Below the pieces are notes generated by a model that was not told where the DNA came from, did not search any database, and saw nothing but the letters and a program-made list of their open reading frames with translations. The position numbers and the translations under genes are program-made. Source: Steroidobacteraceae bacterium (GTDB lineage: Bacteria > Pseudomonadota > Gammaproteobacteria > Steroidobacterales > Steroidobacteraceae). From it: a stretch of DNA of 64,000 nucleotides. Of this stretch, positions 19,686 to 28,054 are shown one piece after another. Position 1 is the stretch's first letter, and the number at the start of each line of letters is the position of its first letter. The DNA lies in NCBI GenBank assembly GCA_035300345.1, contig DATGVM010000022.1, positions 27,365 to 91,364 of the forward strand, in the 5' to 3' direction.

Positions 19686-19896
19686 CTGCCCGTCGCGAAT
19701 CGGAAAGCAAGCCGTGCACGCATGGGCGTCCGCTTGCCAACACGTTTTTCCTGTGACGCCCGCCGCGCTATTCAAGGCGCTTCGTTTGTTGTGGGACACC
19801 TTGGATTCGTAGAGTAACCGGCGAGAGAATCTTCTTGGGTCAACAAAGGTCCGCAGATCAGGTCGCAGTGCAATTGCGAGCATCGGCGTGGGTGAC

Positions 19897-20967
19897 ATGA
19901 TGTTAACGGAAGATGATGTTATCTGGTGCTATCGCGCGATACTTGGCAGGCCCCCAGAGTCCGCGGCAGTCGTTCAATCGCATGTGTCGTCGGGCAAGAC
20001 CTTTCGCACACTGGTCTGGACGTTTCTCAAATCTCAAGAGTATCGGAGCAAGACGTCAGTCCCGGCATTTGTGCCGCTAGACCGGGAAGAAATGGATATG
20101 GACATCACGGCGTCCTCGACTGATATGCGGTTGCTCATTGATCGCGTCCGCAATGCGTGGACGCATCTGGGCCAAGTACGCCCTCATTATTCTGTCCTGA
20201 CCAATCGGAAATACCTTCCGGAGTCCTTAGACGCCGCATCAATTGAGGATTTCTATTCGAGCGGAGTGGGCGAGGTGTCGGCAATCGCCGCGATATTGAG
20301 GCGATTTGGAAAACCCGAAGTGGGATCTCAAGTCTGCGTTGAATATGGCTGCGGGCTCGGCCGTGTAACAGTTCCTTTGGCGAAGAAATTCAAGAGCGTG
20401 CATGCGTACGACATATCGGGGAACCACCTCGCTCTGGCTAGAAAACGTGCCTTTGATGCCGGTGTGCACAATATAGAATTCCACTTGTGCTCCGCTAAAG
20501 TCGTTATTGAGAATCTCGAGCGTTGCGATGTCCTTTACTCGCGGATCGTATATCAGCATAACCCTCCGCCAATTATTCGCGAATTGATCGGAGCAGCTTT
20601 AAGATCATTGCGTCCAGGTGGTATCGCAATCTTTCAAGTGCCAACTTACTGGGGAGGATACTCGTTTCGAATCAAGGAATATTTAGCGCAGCCGGCAGCG
20701 CTCGACTTGGAAATGCATTGCATTCCACAGGGTGTTGTTCTCTCTATCATTGCTGAATCGCACTGCAAGTTACTGGAGATCCGGGAGGACGGTTCAACCG
20801 GGCACAGCCAAGCGATTTCAAACACCTTTGTCGTCCAGCGACTTGCCGGAAGATCGCGGCCGTGGCGATGGGCTTCCGACGTGGCTGTAGCGGCTCATCG
20901 AATTTATCAGCACTTCCGGAGGACGGTCTTTACGCGTAGGAGGAAAAACGCGGCTATATCTTCCTAG
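19897..20967 (+). CDS. class I SAM-dependent methyltransferase with DUF4214-like N-terminal segment
   Basis: N-terminus DDVIWCYRAILGRPPESAAVVQSHVSSGKTFRTLVWTFLKSQEY. SAM motif I VCVEYGCGLGRVTVPLA; post-I HAYDIS. The track start is GTG at 19888. Confidence 0.75.
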   Translation: MMLTEDDVIWCYRAILGRPPESAAVVQSHVSSGKTFRTLVWTFLKSQEYRSKTSVPAFVPLDREEMDMDITASSTDMRLLIDRVRNAWTHLGQVRPHYSVLTNRKYLPESLDAASIEDFYSSGVGEVSAIAAILRRFGKPEVGSQVCVEYGCGLGRVTVPLAKKFKSVHAYDISGNHLALARKRAFDAGVHNIEFHLCSAKVVIENLERCDVLYSRIVYQHNPPPIIRELIGAALRSLRPGGIAIFQVPTYWGGYSFRIKEYLAQPAALDLEMHCIPQGVVLSIIAESHCKLLEIREDGSTGHSQAISNTFVVQRLAGRSRPWRWASDVAVAAHRIYQHFRRTVFTRRRKNAAISS

Positions 20968-21175
20968 AGACAAGAAGTTACCTAAGAGCCTGAGTGTCTT
21001 GGTTTCCTACCAGCAAGGGACGCGCGGGAGGTAAGCCAAGTTCCCTGCGAGTGGAGGAACCGGGCTACGGCGTCGAGGGGTGGAGGAACGTCCTACGCTC
21101 TCGTATATATGGGTCGGCAACTTGGAAGGAGGTCGACGTTTGGCCTTCGTGAGTCGAAAGGGAAGGACGTAACCA

Positions 21176-22243
21176 ATGGCTACAAATCCATACTCCGCCC
21201 TAGCCGATAGCGCATATTGGTCCCGAGCGGTAGCGCGTGTATTACCTATCGATGTCGATCCTGTAGGAACCCCGCCCTTCAGCATATCCAAATCGGATCG
21301 AATAGCCACGGTTGGCAGTTGTTTTGCGCAACATATTTCCAAGGCTCTTATGGCGGACGGGTACGCGTTCTTGATTACGGAAAAGGGAGAGTTTGAAAGG
21401 AACTACGAGGTCTACCCGGCACGCTTCGGAAATATCTATAGCACTCGACAACTATTGCAGCTTTTTAGTCGTGCTTACGGCCTCTTTCTACCACAGGACG
21501 AAACATGGGTTCGCCCCGACGGCGCTCTTGTTGATCCCTTTAGACCCCAGATAGAGCCCGTTGGCTTCCCTTCGATCGACGCCCTCGTGGCGGACCGCCG
21601 TGATCACTTGGCAGCTGTGCGTCGGATGTTCGAACTTTGTGACGTACTAATTTTCACACTGGGCCTGACAGAGGTGTGGCGGTCCGTCGTGGACGGGGCG
21701 GTGGTTCCACTCGCTCCAGGCGTTGTCGCTGAGTCGACCACAGCCGCTGAATACGAATTTGCAAACCTTGAAGTCTCCGACATGGTTGGCGATCTTTGTA
21801 CAACGATTGATAAGTTACGGACTGTAAACACCAGCGCGCGTGTAGTCCTAACGGTGTCCCCTGTTCCACTTGTTGCGACCTATGAGAACCGCCACGTGCT
21901 ACTGTCGACCATTTACAGCAAGTCAGCTCTAAGGGTCGTCGCAGAAATGGTCTGCCGGCGTGTCCAGGGAGTTTCCTACTTCCCGTCATACGAAATTATT
22001 ACAGGCCACCATAACCGGTACGCCTATTTCGAGCCCGACTTGCGCAGCGTTTCAAGCGAAGGCGTGGCTCAAGTTATGCGTTTGTTTAAGAGGCACTACC
22101 TAAGAGACGATGTCCAAACGCAGACAGGTCTTCCAAAGGAGCACGGTCCAGATACCACGGCCCAAGAAATGGCCATCGAGCAACGTTTGCGACAAGCGAA
22201 AGACATCCTATGTGATGAAGAGGAACTTGACCCAAGGAATTAG
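21176..22243 (+). CDS. GSCFA family protein
   Basis: 355 aa. Contains the eponymous motif IATVGSCFAQHI near the N-terminus. RBS-like GGAAGGA upstream. Confidence 0.75.
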   Translation: MATNPYSALADSAYWSRAVARVLPIDVDPVGTPPFSISKSDRIATVGSCFAQHISKALMADGYAFLITEKGEFERNYEVYPARFGNIYSTRQLLQLFSRAYGLFLPQDETWVRPDGALVDPFRPQIEPVGFPSIDALVADRRDHLAAVRRMFELCDVLIFTLGLTEVWRSVVDGAVVPLAPGVVAESTTAAEYEFANLEVSDMVGDLCTTIDKLRTVNTSARVVLTVSPVPLVATYENRHVLLSTIYSKSALRVVAEMVCRRVQGVSYFPSYEIITGHHNRYAYFEPDLRSVSSEGVAQVMRLFKRHYLRDDVQTQTGLPKEHGPDTTAQEMAIEQRLRQAKDILCDEEELDPRN

Positions 22244-22257
22244 CGCAGGCGTCACAA

Positions 22258-23154
22258 GTGAATGTCGCGATCGTTGGTAATTGTCAGGTCCATGGCTTTG
22301 GCGCTGCGCTGTCGGGGATGTGCCCGGGCGTGAGCGTGGAGATTCATGAAATTGTGCAGGTCACGCGAACCGGGACAGCGAGTGCAGTCGCCGCGAAATT
22401 GAAGACGGCCGACGTGGTGTTTACTAACGCGGCCGAGGAGATGCGGAGTCTTGTGCCACTTGAGAGGTTGAGTGGAGCAGGAGTACGAACGATATCTTTC
22501 CCTGCGATAGAATTTACGGGGTTTCAGCCGGATATGGCTCGTCTAATTGATTCCTCTGCAAAGCCAACAGCCGGTCCGTTGTGCCCCTGCCACTCTCTAA
22601 TCATTGCCGCTTCCTATTCTCTCGGCTTTTCTCCACAGCGAACTGCGCTGCTTTTCAACTCGTACGTTTATGCCTCGTTGGGTTACTTTGCGGAATTTGG
22701 ACCGGCCCGCAGAGCCCTACTCTCAAAGGCATCAAGTCTCGGATATGACCTTTCTGAGAGCTTCGCGCAATGGCTTCGCGAAGGATCATTCATGCATACG
22801 ATCAACCATCCACACATTCGAGTTCTAGGAACACTAGCCGCCATGGCCGCCCAAAAAGCGGGCTTCCAGGCCGATGTGGCGCTTTGTGAGTCGCCCGGAG
22901 ACAGCTTAGCTCTGTCGTTTTGTTGGCCTGTGTATCCCGAGCTGGCGGAACGTCTTTCCGTTGACGGTGGGCTCTCGTTTGAGAGAAATGCTTTTCTGGC
23001 TCGCCAGCTAAATGTTTCAAGACGATTGTCGCTCGAAGAGTTTATTACGCAGTCGTTTGCGGCGTATGCAGTGGGCGGCCAGGACCTAGTCGCGCTGTCA
23101 ACGCGCGTCGCACACACTGCCTCGGTATTACGGGTCATTTGTGCCCGTTCGTAG
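22258..23154 (+). CDS. WcbI-like capsule biosynthesis protein (tentative)
   Basis: 298 aa with a GTG start. The N-terminal MNVAIVGNCQVHG resembles the GNCQ start of WcbI-type domains as I recall them. Assignment rests on that motif and capsule context only. Confidence 0.5.
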   Translation: MNVAIVGNCQVHGFGAALSGMCPGVSVEIHEIVQVTRTGTASAVAAKLKTADVVFTNAAEEMRSLVPLERLSGAGVRTISFPAIEFTGFQPDMARLIDSSAKPTAGPLCPCHSLIIAASYSLGFSPQRTALLFNSYVYASLGYFAEFGPARRALLSKASSLGYDLSESFAQWLREGSFMHTINHPHIRVLGTLAAMAAQKAGFQADVALCESPGDSLALSFCWPVYPELAERLSVDGGLSFERNAFLARQLNVSRRLSLEEFITQSFAAYAVGGQDLVALSTRVAHTASVLRVICARS

Positions 23155-23394
23155 GTTTCATATATCGACGCGCGTCTCGCTGCGGTCGCATTTCTCGTGC
23201 CCCGCATAAGCACCGCCACGTGATTCTTACGGGCCAGTGTTTTGATGATCAGGATCAAGTTAAAATGCTCCAGCCTGTTCTGATGAGCGGAAAATGACAT
23301 GTTTGGCGGCGATAGCAGGCTATTCGGGCGGTCTACATCGGCGACCGCCGCGTTCCTGGTAGCCTTAGCGTCCCGCAATCCTACGCGGCAGAGA

Positions 23395-24344
23395 GTCTCT
23401 CAGGGAGGCTCATAGTCGGATACCAGGACTGGTTCGGGTGCCCGGATGATTTGAAGGCAACAAGGATTGGCAGCATTGGATTATAAGAGGTATGGGGCAC
23501 ATCACACGAGGGTCGATCTGTTGGCGTCGGCTCGGTGGCCTGTGGCCCAGGATCTGTGCGAGACGGGGCTGCAGCGTGCGGAAAACCGAGCACTTGTAGC
23601 TCTGGTCATCGGACAATCCCGATGTCTTTGAGGCCCATTTTGCTTGATGCAAGAGGCCGGGATTGATGGCGCTGTGCTGCAGCGCTTTATGTTTACATTG
23701 CGGCACCCGGCGAAGTGGCGGCACTGATCAGGATTTGAAGGGGGCGCGACGGGCTTGCGACGACAGCACTGATTGACGGTGTACCGACCCACTGGCGAAC
23801 GATGGACGGCGACTCTAAACCGGAAGCTGGCTGATTAAATAAGTGTCGTAGTCACGACGTAATCAGGCCATGGTTCGTAGGGCGGTTCGGGGATGAATTC
23901 AGTGAAGCCGCGTTTGTACGCATTGAGGTAAATCCGGATCAAGTTGAGACTCGGCGACTGGGCGTGCGCTATCTACCGGTCATCTTCCCTGGCTTTTCCT
24001 GTTGTATCCTGCAGACCACGCAAATTAGGTCAGAACGGGCTGTACACAACGAGATTCCGCGACGCCGCGGTCGATTTGTCTGGGGCCAGGAATCCAGACT
24101 GCTCGCCCGACACCTCGAAATGCTGAACGCGGCTATGTTCGAGGAGGCGGACGAGGGCAGGGCACTGTTTCCGGACGAGACCCGAGAGGATATGCTGCCG
24201 GCCGGTTCGCATATGGTTTACCTTAACCAAGATGGCTGTTTCCTACCCGACCACTGGTATTTGCGCGTCACGGGAAAGGCGGCTCAATATCTACACCGGC
24301 GCAATGTGCCGCCCGGGAAATTTAGGGATGTCGTTACTCCCTAA
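23395..24344 (+). pseudogene. decayed duplicate of the 18354..19685 glycosidase-like gene
   Basis: Translated fragments align in order with the intact gene: IVGYQDWFGCPDD (23410) vs VVGYQGWFGCPND; DLCETGLQRA vs DLCETGIPRA; GIDGAVLQRF vs EIDGAATQRF; VIRPWFVGRF vs VISPWWVGRF. The 126-aa ORF 23964..24344 (RYLPVIFPGFS...AMFEEADEGRALFP...GSHMVYLNQDGC) matches the C-terminus. Several stops and frame changes occur (e.g. tga/taa near 23833), plus an internal deletion of roughly 90 codons. Confidence 0.85.
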
Positions 24345-24535
24345 GGAATGCAGTGCTCGTTGCCCCAATGCTGCAGCTGCCGCGGTGCGGATCGCCCGAG
24401 CAGATGAGTTTCATCTGATCGCATCAAACGGAGCCATCGATGCGCCAAGCCGTGAACCTTGATAATGCCGTTGACGCCAACTGGCGGAAAACGGCAATGT
24501 CCGCTTTAATGTGAATGGGATCAGGGGAGAACTAA

Positions 24536-25282
24536 GTGGGAGCGACCAGGAAAAATCTATTGGATCCCCTCATTGCCAACGACGTGGGCGTGTTGAAGTG
24601 TTGCGTTTCCTATAACAGGCATGGCGGGTTTTGTGTCCCAACGTCTTCAGAAAATCGGCCGGCTGCGCGAAAAATACTGTCCGGAGACGTTTGGGAGCCG
24701 GATACCCTTGAGTTCATGGTCGCCCATTGCGGCGATGGCGACATCGTCCATGCGGGTACTTATTTTGGGGACTTTATCCCAGCATTATCTCGAGCGTGCC
24801 ATCCCCTGGCCAAGTTGTGGGCATTTGAGCCAAATCCGGAAAATTACCGTTGTGCAATCGTCACAATCGAAATTAACGGCTTGAAAAACGTTGATTTAAG
24901 AAACGTCGGACTGGGATCGCGGAATGGTGTTCTCTCCATGAAGGTTGTTGATGACAATGGCCGAGCATTAGGAGGAGGAAGTCGATTGGTATCAGGCAGC
25001 CGCAAGAGTAATGGCGATCAATTCAAAGAAGTCGATATTGTAGAGTTAGACAGCGTGATTCCTCCAGAAAGAGCGGTGTCAATTATTCAGCTAGATGTAG
25101 AGGGATTTGAACAACATGTGCTAGCAGGCGCGATGCAGACGATTATACGCTGCAAGCCCATTCTGATTTTAGAAACGCTACCCGAATCGAATTCGTTGTC
25201 CGAGATGTTATCCAGCCTCGGGTACGGGGTCTCCGGTAAATTGCACGAGAACACTGTCCTTACGCAGACGGGGCAAGGCTAA
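24536..25282 (+). CDS. FkbM family methyltransferase
   Basis: 248 aa with a GTG start after AGGGGAG. Motifs VHAGTYFGDF, LWAFEPNPENY, LGSRNG and IIQLDVEGFEQHVLAGA are typical of FkbM-type methyltransferases. Confidence 0.8.
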   Translation: MGATRKNLLDPLIANDVGVLKCCVSYNRHGGFCVPTSSENRPAARKILSGDVWEPDTLEFMVAHCGDGDIVHAGTYFGDFIPALSRACHPLAKLWAFEPNPENYRCAIVTIEINGLKNVDLRNVGLGSRNGVLSMKVVDDNGRALGGGSRLVSGSRKSNGDQFKEVDIVELDSVIPPERAVSIIQLDVEGFEQHVLAGAMQTIIRCKPILILETLPESNSLSEMLSSLGYGVSGKLHENTVLTQTGQG

Positions 25283-25328
25283 CGTGCCGGGTATTTCTGG
25301 AAGGGGCAAGGAATCTGGGCGAACTCGC

Positions 25329-26522
25329 ATGCAGAAAGTAACCGGATTATATTTTCGACGGCTTTTCCGCTTTGCCCCGGGCATGGTCGCAATTGTCGCC
25401 GTGCTGAGCGGCTGCGTAAGCAATCCAGGCTGGCTCGCCGCTTCTGGCCCGACGCGGGCAAAGGTCAGCAGCGGCGTATCGAACATCCAAGCCTCGATCC
25501 AGGTCGTCACGATTTCCGACGCCGTGGCGCGGCGGGTCGTGGATGCCGGGGATCACGACCAGTTTTCGACGGCCTTTGGCGACAAGGCGCCTGTCGGTTT
25601 CATTGTCGGCGCGGGCGATGTGCTGGAAGTGTCCGTGTGGGAGGCGCCGCCAGCCGTGCTGTTTGGCACCCTGGCGATTGATGCCGGCGGCACGCTTGGA
25701 ACATCGCGGCAAACCACTATCCCCGAGCAGATGGTTGCGCAGGATGGGACGATCAGTGTGCCGTTTTGCGGGTCCGTGCCGGTCGCCGGCCGTTCTTCGC
25801 AGCAGATTCAAGCGGATATCGTGACTTGCCTGCAGGGCAAGGCCAATCAGCCGCAGGTCCTGGTACGGGTGACGCACAACGCAACTTCGAACGTTACGGT
25901 GGTCGGAGAAGTGGGCCAGAGCTTACGCATGCCGCTTACGGCCAAGGGCGAGCGCGTGCTCGACGCCCTAGCCGCCGCCGGTGGTACGCGCAATCCAGTT
26001 GACAAGACTTCGATCCAACTTACCCGTGGCGGCGACGTTCTGGGAATGCCGCTTGCCAGGGTGATCCGCGATCCAAAGCAGAATGTAGTACTGCAGCCCG
26101 GCGATGTGATGACTGCACTGTTCCAGTCGAACAGCTTCACCGCGCTGGGCGCGAGCGGGAGGAATGATGAGATCAATTTTGAGGCCCAGGGCATCAGTCT
26201 GGCGCAGGCCATGGGTCGCATGGGTGGCCTCGTTGATACACGCGCCGATGCGCGGGGCGTGTTCATTTTCCGTTTTGAGAACCCAGCGGCCTTGCCTGAT
26301 GGAGGCAAAGGCTTGCCACGCACGCCCGAGGGCAGGGTGCCGGTTGTCTATCAGGCTGACCTGAAGGACCCCGCGACCTTTCTGGTGGCGCAGGATTTCC
26401 CGGTGCGCGACAAGGACGTCATTTATGTGGCCAACGCCGGGGCGGCGGACCTGTTCAAATTCCTGAATGTCCTGACCTCCTCGGTGTACACCATCGCTGT
26501 ATTTAAGAACCTCCAATTCTGA
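25329..26522 (+). CDS. outer-membrane polysaccharide export lipoprotein (OPX; Wza/KpsD-like)
   Basis: Lipobox AVLSGC. Poly_export-like GAGDVLEVSVWE followed by SLBB-like repeats (LQPGDVM, VRDKDVIYV). The track start is 25284; the ATG at 25329 gives a proper signal peptide. Confidence 0.85.
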   Translation: MQKVTGLYFRRLFRFAPGMVAIVAVLSGCVSNPGWLAASGPTRAKVSSGVSNIQASIQVVTISDAVARRVVDAGDHDQFSTAFGDKAPVGFIVGAGDVLEVSVWEAPPAVLFGTLAIDAGGTLGTSRQTTIPEQMVAQDGTISVPFCGSVPVAGRSSQQIQADIVTCLQGKANQPQVLVRVTHNATSNVTVVGEVGQSLRMPLTAKGERVLDALAAAGGTRNPVDKTSIQLTRGGDVLGMPLARVIRDPKQNVVLQPGDVMTALFQSNSFTALGASGRNDEINFEAQGISLAQAMGRMGGLVDTRADARGVFIFRFENPAALPDGGKGLPRTPEGRVPVVYQADLKDPATFLVAQDFPVRDKDVIYVANAGAADLFKFLNVLTSSVYTIAVFKNLQF

Positions 26523-26556
26523 CCGCATCTGACAGAATAAATGCCTCGTAAGTCAT

Positions 26557-26898
26557 ATGGTTAAGTCACATACCTCACTACAAGGTCCATTGGACGACCA
26601 GCATCTTTACCAAGAAAGACCAGGGGCGACGTCAGTGGGGATCTTTTCCCGGTGTTTCAGGGCATTGCTCATCGGCGCGGTGATGTATTTCTCGCTCCGC
26701 TCACGGGGAGTGCCCATCAGTCAGTCCGTTGCCGTCACGCTCATTCCACTCCTGTTGGGTGTCCTCGACTTGTTAACCGCCTTCGCCTACTCGTTGAGCG
26801 GCGTTGTTCTGATCTTTGCCTGCGGGTACAACTTTCTGGCGGGGTATCATCTCCATCCCGATGACCTGCACAACATCGTAGCTGCCTGGCGTAAATAG
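26557..26898 (+). CDS. small hypothetical membrane protein
   Basis: 113 aa with about 3 predicted hydrophobic helices. No RBS and no recognisable domain. Confidence 0.35.
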   Translation: MVKSHTSLQGPLDDQHLYQERPGATSVGIFSRCFRALLIGAVMYFSLRSRGVPISQSVAVTLIPLLLGVLDLLTAFAYSLSGVVLIFACGYNFLAGYHLHPDDLHNIVAAWRK

Positions 26899-26905
26899 AA
26901 AGATC

Positions 26906-28054
26906 GTGCCCCTGATAGATGTGACCCGGCTCTGCGGGCGCCTGCTCGCTGGTCGATTGCCTACGGGCGTAGACCGGGTGAGCCTGGAGTACGTGAGGCA
27001 TTTCCGCCGCGCCCGCGCGCTGGTGCGCTACGGCGGGCGCTGGGTCGTCCTTGGGGCGTCCGATTCCGCACGCATGTTCGATACGCTGCTCGATCCTGGC
27101 AAGGAATCTGGCCGCGTGATCCGCTGGTCCGTGGGCAGCGGCTTTGCGCTCAACTGGCGCCCCACCGATGCGCGAGTGCTGCTGAATACCGGGCACAGCG
27201 GGCTGGAGCGAGCCGACTACGCTGTGCGCATCCGCCATCGTCAGCTGCGGGCGGTGTTTTTCCTCCACGATCTGATCCCCATCACTCATCCCGAGTACAG
27301 CCGCCCCGGGGAGGCCGACAGCCACCATCGGCGCCTGCACACCATGCTGTCCGCCGGCTCCGCGATCATCGTCAATTCACGCTCAACGCTTCGGGCACTG
27401 GAAGCCCACGCTGCGGCCCACGCGTTGCGCTTGCCGCGCTGCGAGGTGGTGCCGCTCGCGCCAATGCGATTGCCGTTGCCCGCAAGCGAGCGACCCCTGG
27501 AGGCCCGGTACTTCGTCGTCCTCGGCACCATCGAGCCGCGCAAGAATCACTGGATGCTGCTGCATCTGTGGCGGCAGCTGGCGGATGAACTGGGGCAGGC
27601 GGCACCACGCCTGGTGCTCATCGGCCAGCGTGGCTGGGAGTGCGAGCAGGTCACCGATCTGTTGGAGCGCTGCGAGTCCTTGCGTGGGCTGGTGATCGAA
27701 GAGCCCAAGTGCAGCGACGCCAGGCTGGCGACCTGGCTGCACCATGCGCAGGCGCTGCTCTTTCCTTCTTTTGTCGAGGGCTACGGGATGCCGCTGCCGG
27801 AGGCGCTGACGGCCGGCGTGCCGGTGATTGCGAGCGATCTGGCCGTGTTTCGGGAAATTGCCGATGAAATCCCGGACTATCTAGATCCGCTCGACGGTGC
27901 TGGCTGGAAGGCGGCGGTGCTGGACTATGCCAGGCCGGACAGTCGGCGGCGCCGGGCGCAGGTGGAGCGCCTGGGCCGGTTCCAGGCTCCGAGCTGGGAG
28001 AGTCATTTTTCGGTGGTGGAAGACTTGATCGAGCACATCGGTGGGCATGACTGA
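26906..28054 (+). CDS. glycosyltransferase family 4
   Basis: 382 aa. Motifs LGTIEPRKNH, IGQRGWECE, FPSFVEGYGMPLPEALTAGVPVIASD. Confidence 0.8.
   Translation: MPLIDVTRLCGRLLAGRLPTGVDRVSLEYVRHFRRARALVRYGGRWVVLGASDSARMFDTLLDPGKESGRVIRWSVGSGFALNWRPTDARVLLNTGHSGLERADYAVRIRHRQLRAVFFLHDLIPITHPEYSRPGEADSHHRRLHTMLSAGSAIIVNSRSTLRALEAHAAAHALRLPRCEVVPLAPMRLPLPASERPLEARYFVVLGTIEPRKNHWMLLHLWRQLADELGQAAPRLVLIGQRGWECEQVTDLLERCESLRGLVIEEPKCSDARLATWLHHAQALLFPSFVEGYGMPLPEALTAGVPVIASDLAVFREIADEIPDYLDPLDGAGWKAAVLDYARPDSRRRRAQVERLGRFQAPSWESHFSVVEDLIEHIGGHD

Noticed and set aside
23155-23378. Possible IS3-family transposase remnant (minus-strand peptide ...LILIIKTLARKNHVAVLMRG... faintly resembles the INHKRV.RLMRE.GL motif of OrfB proteins)
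   Set aside because: The resemblance is limited to about 10 residues with a gap. There are no inverted repeats, DDE motifs or a second fragment, so this is too weak to call a mobile element without a database search.
24345-24535. Non-coding gap after the pseudogene, checked for hairpins, repeats or small ORFs (track ORF 24232..24462)
   Set aside because: There is no convincing stem-loop or repeat. The 76-aa ORF overlaps the pseudogene end and has no RBS or recognisable sequence.
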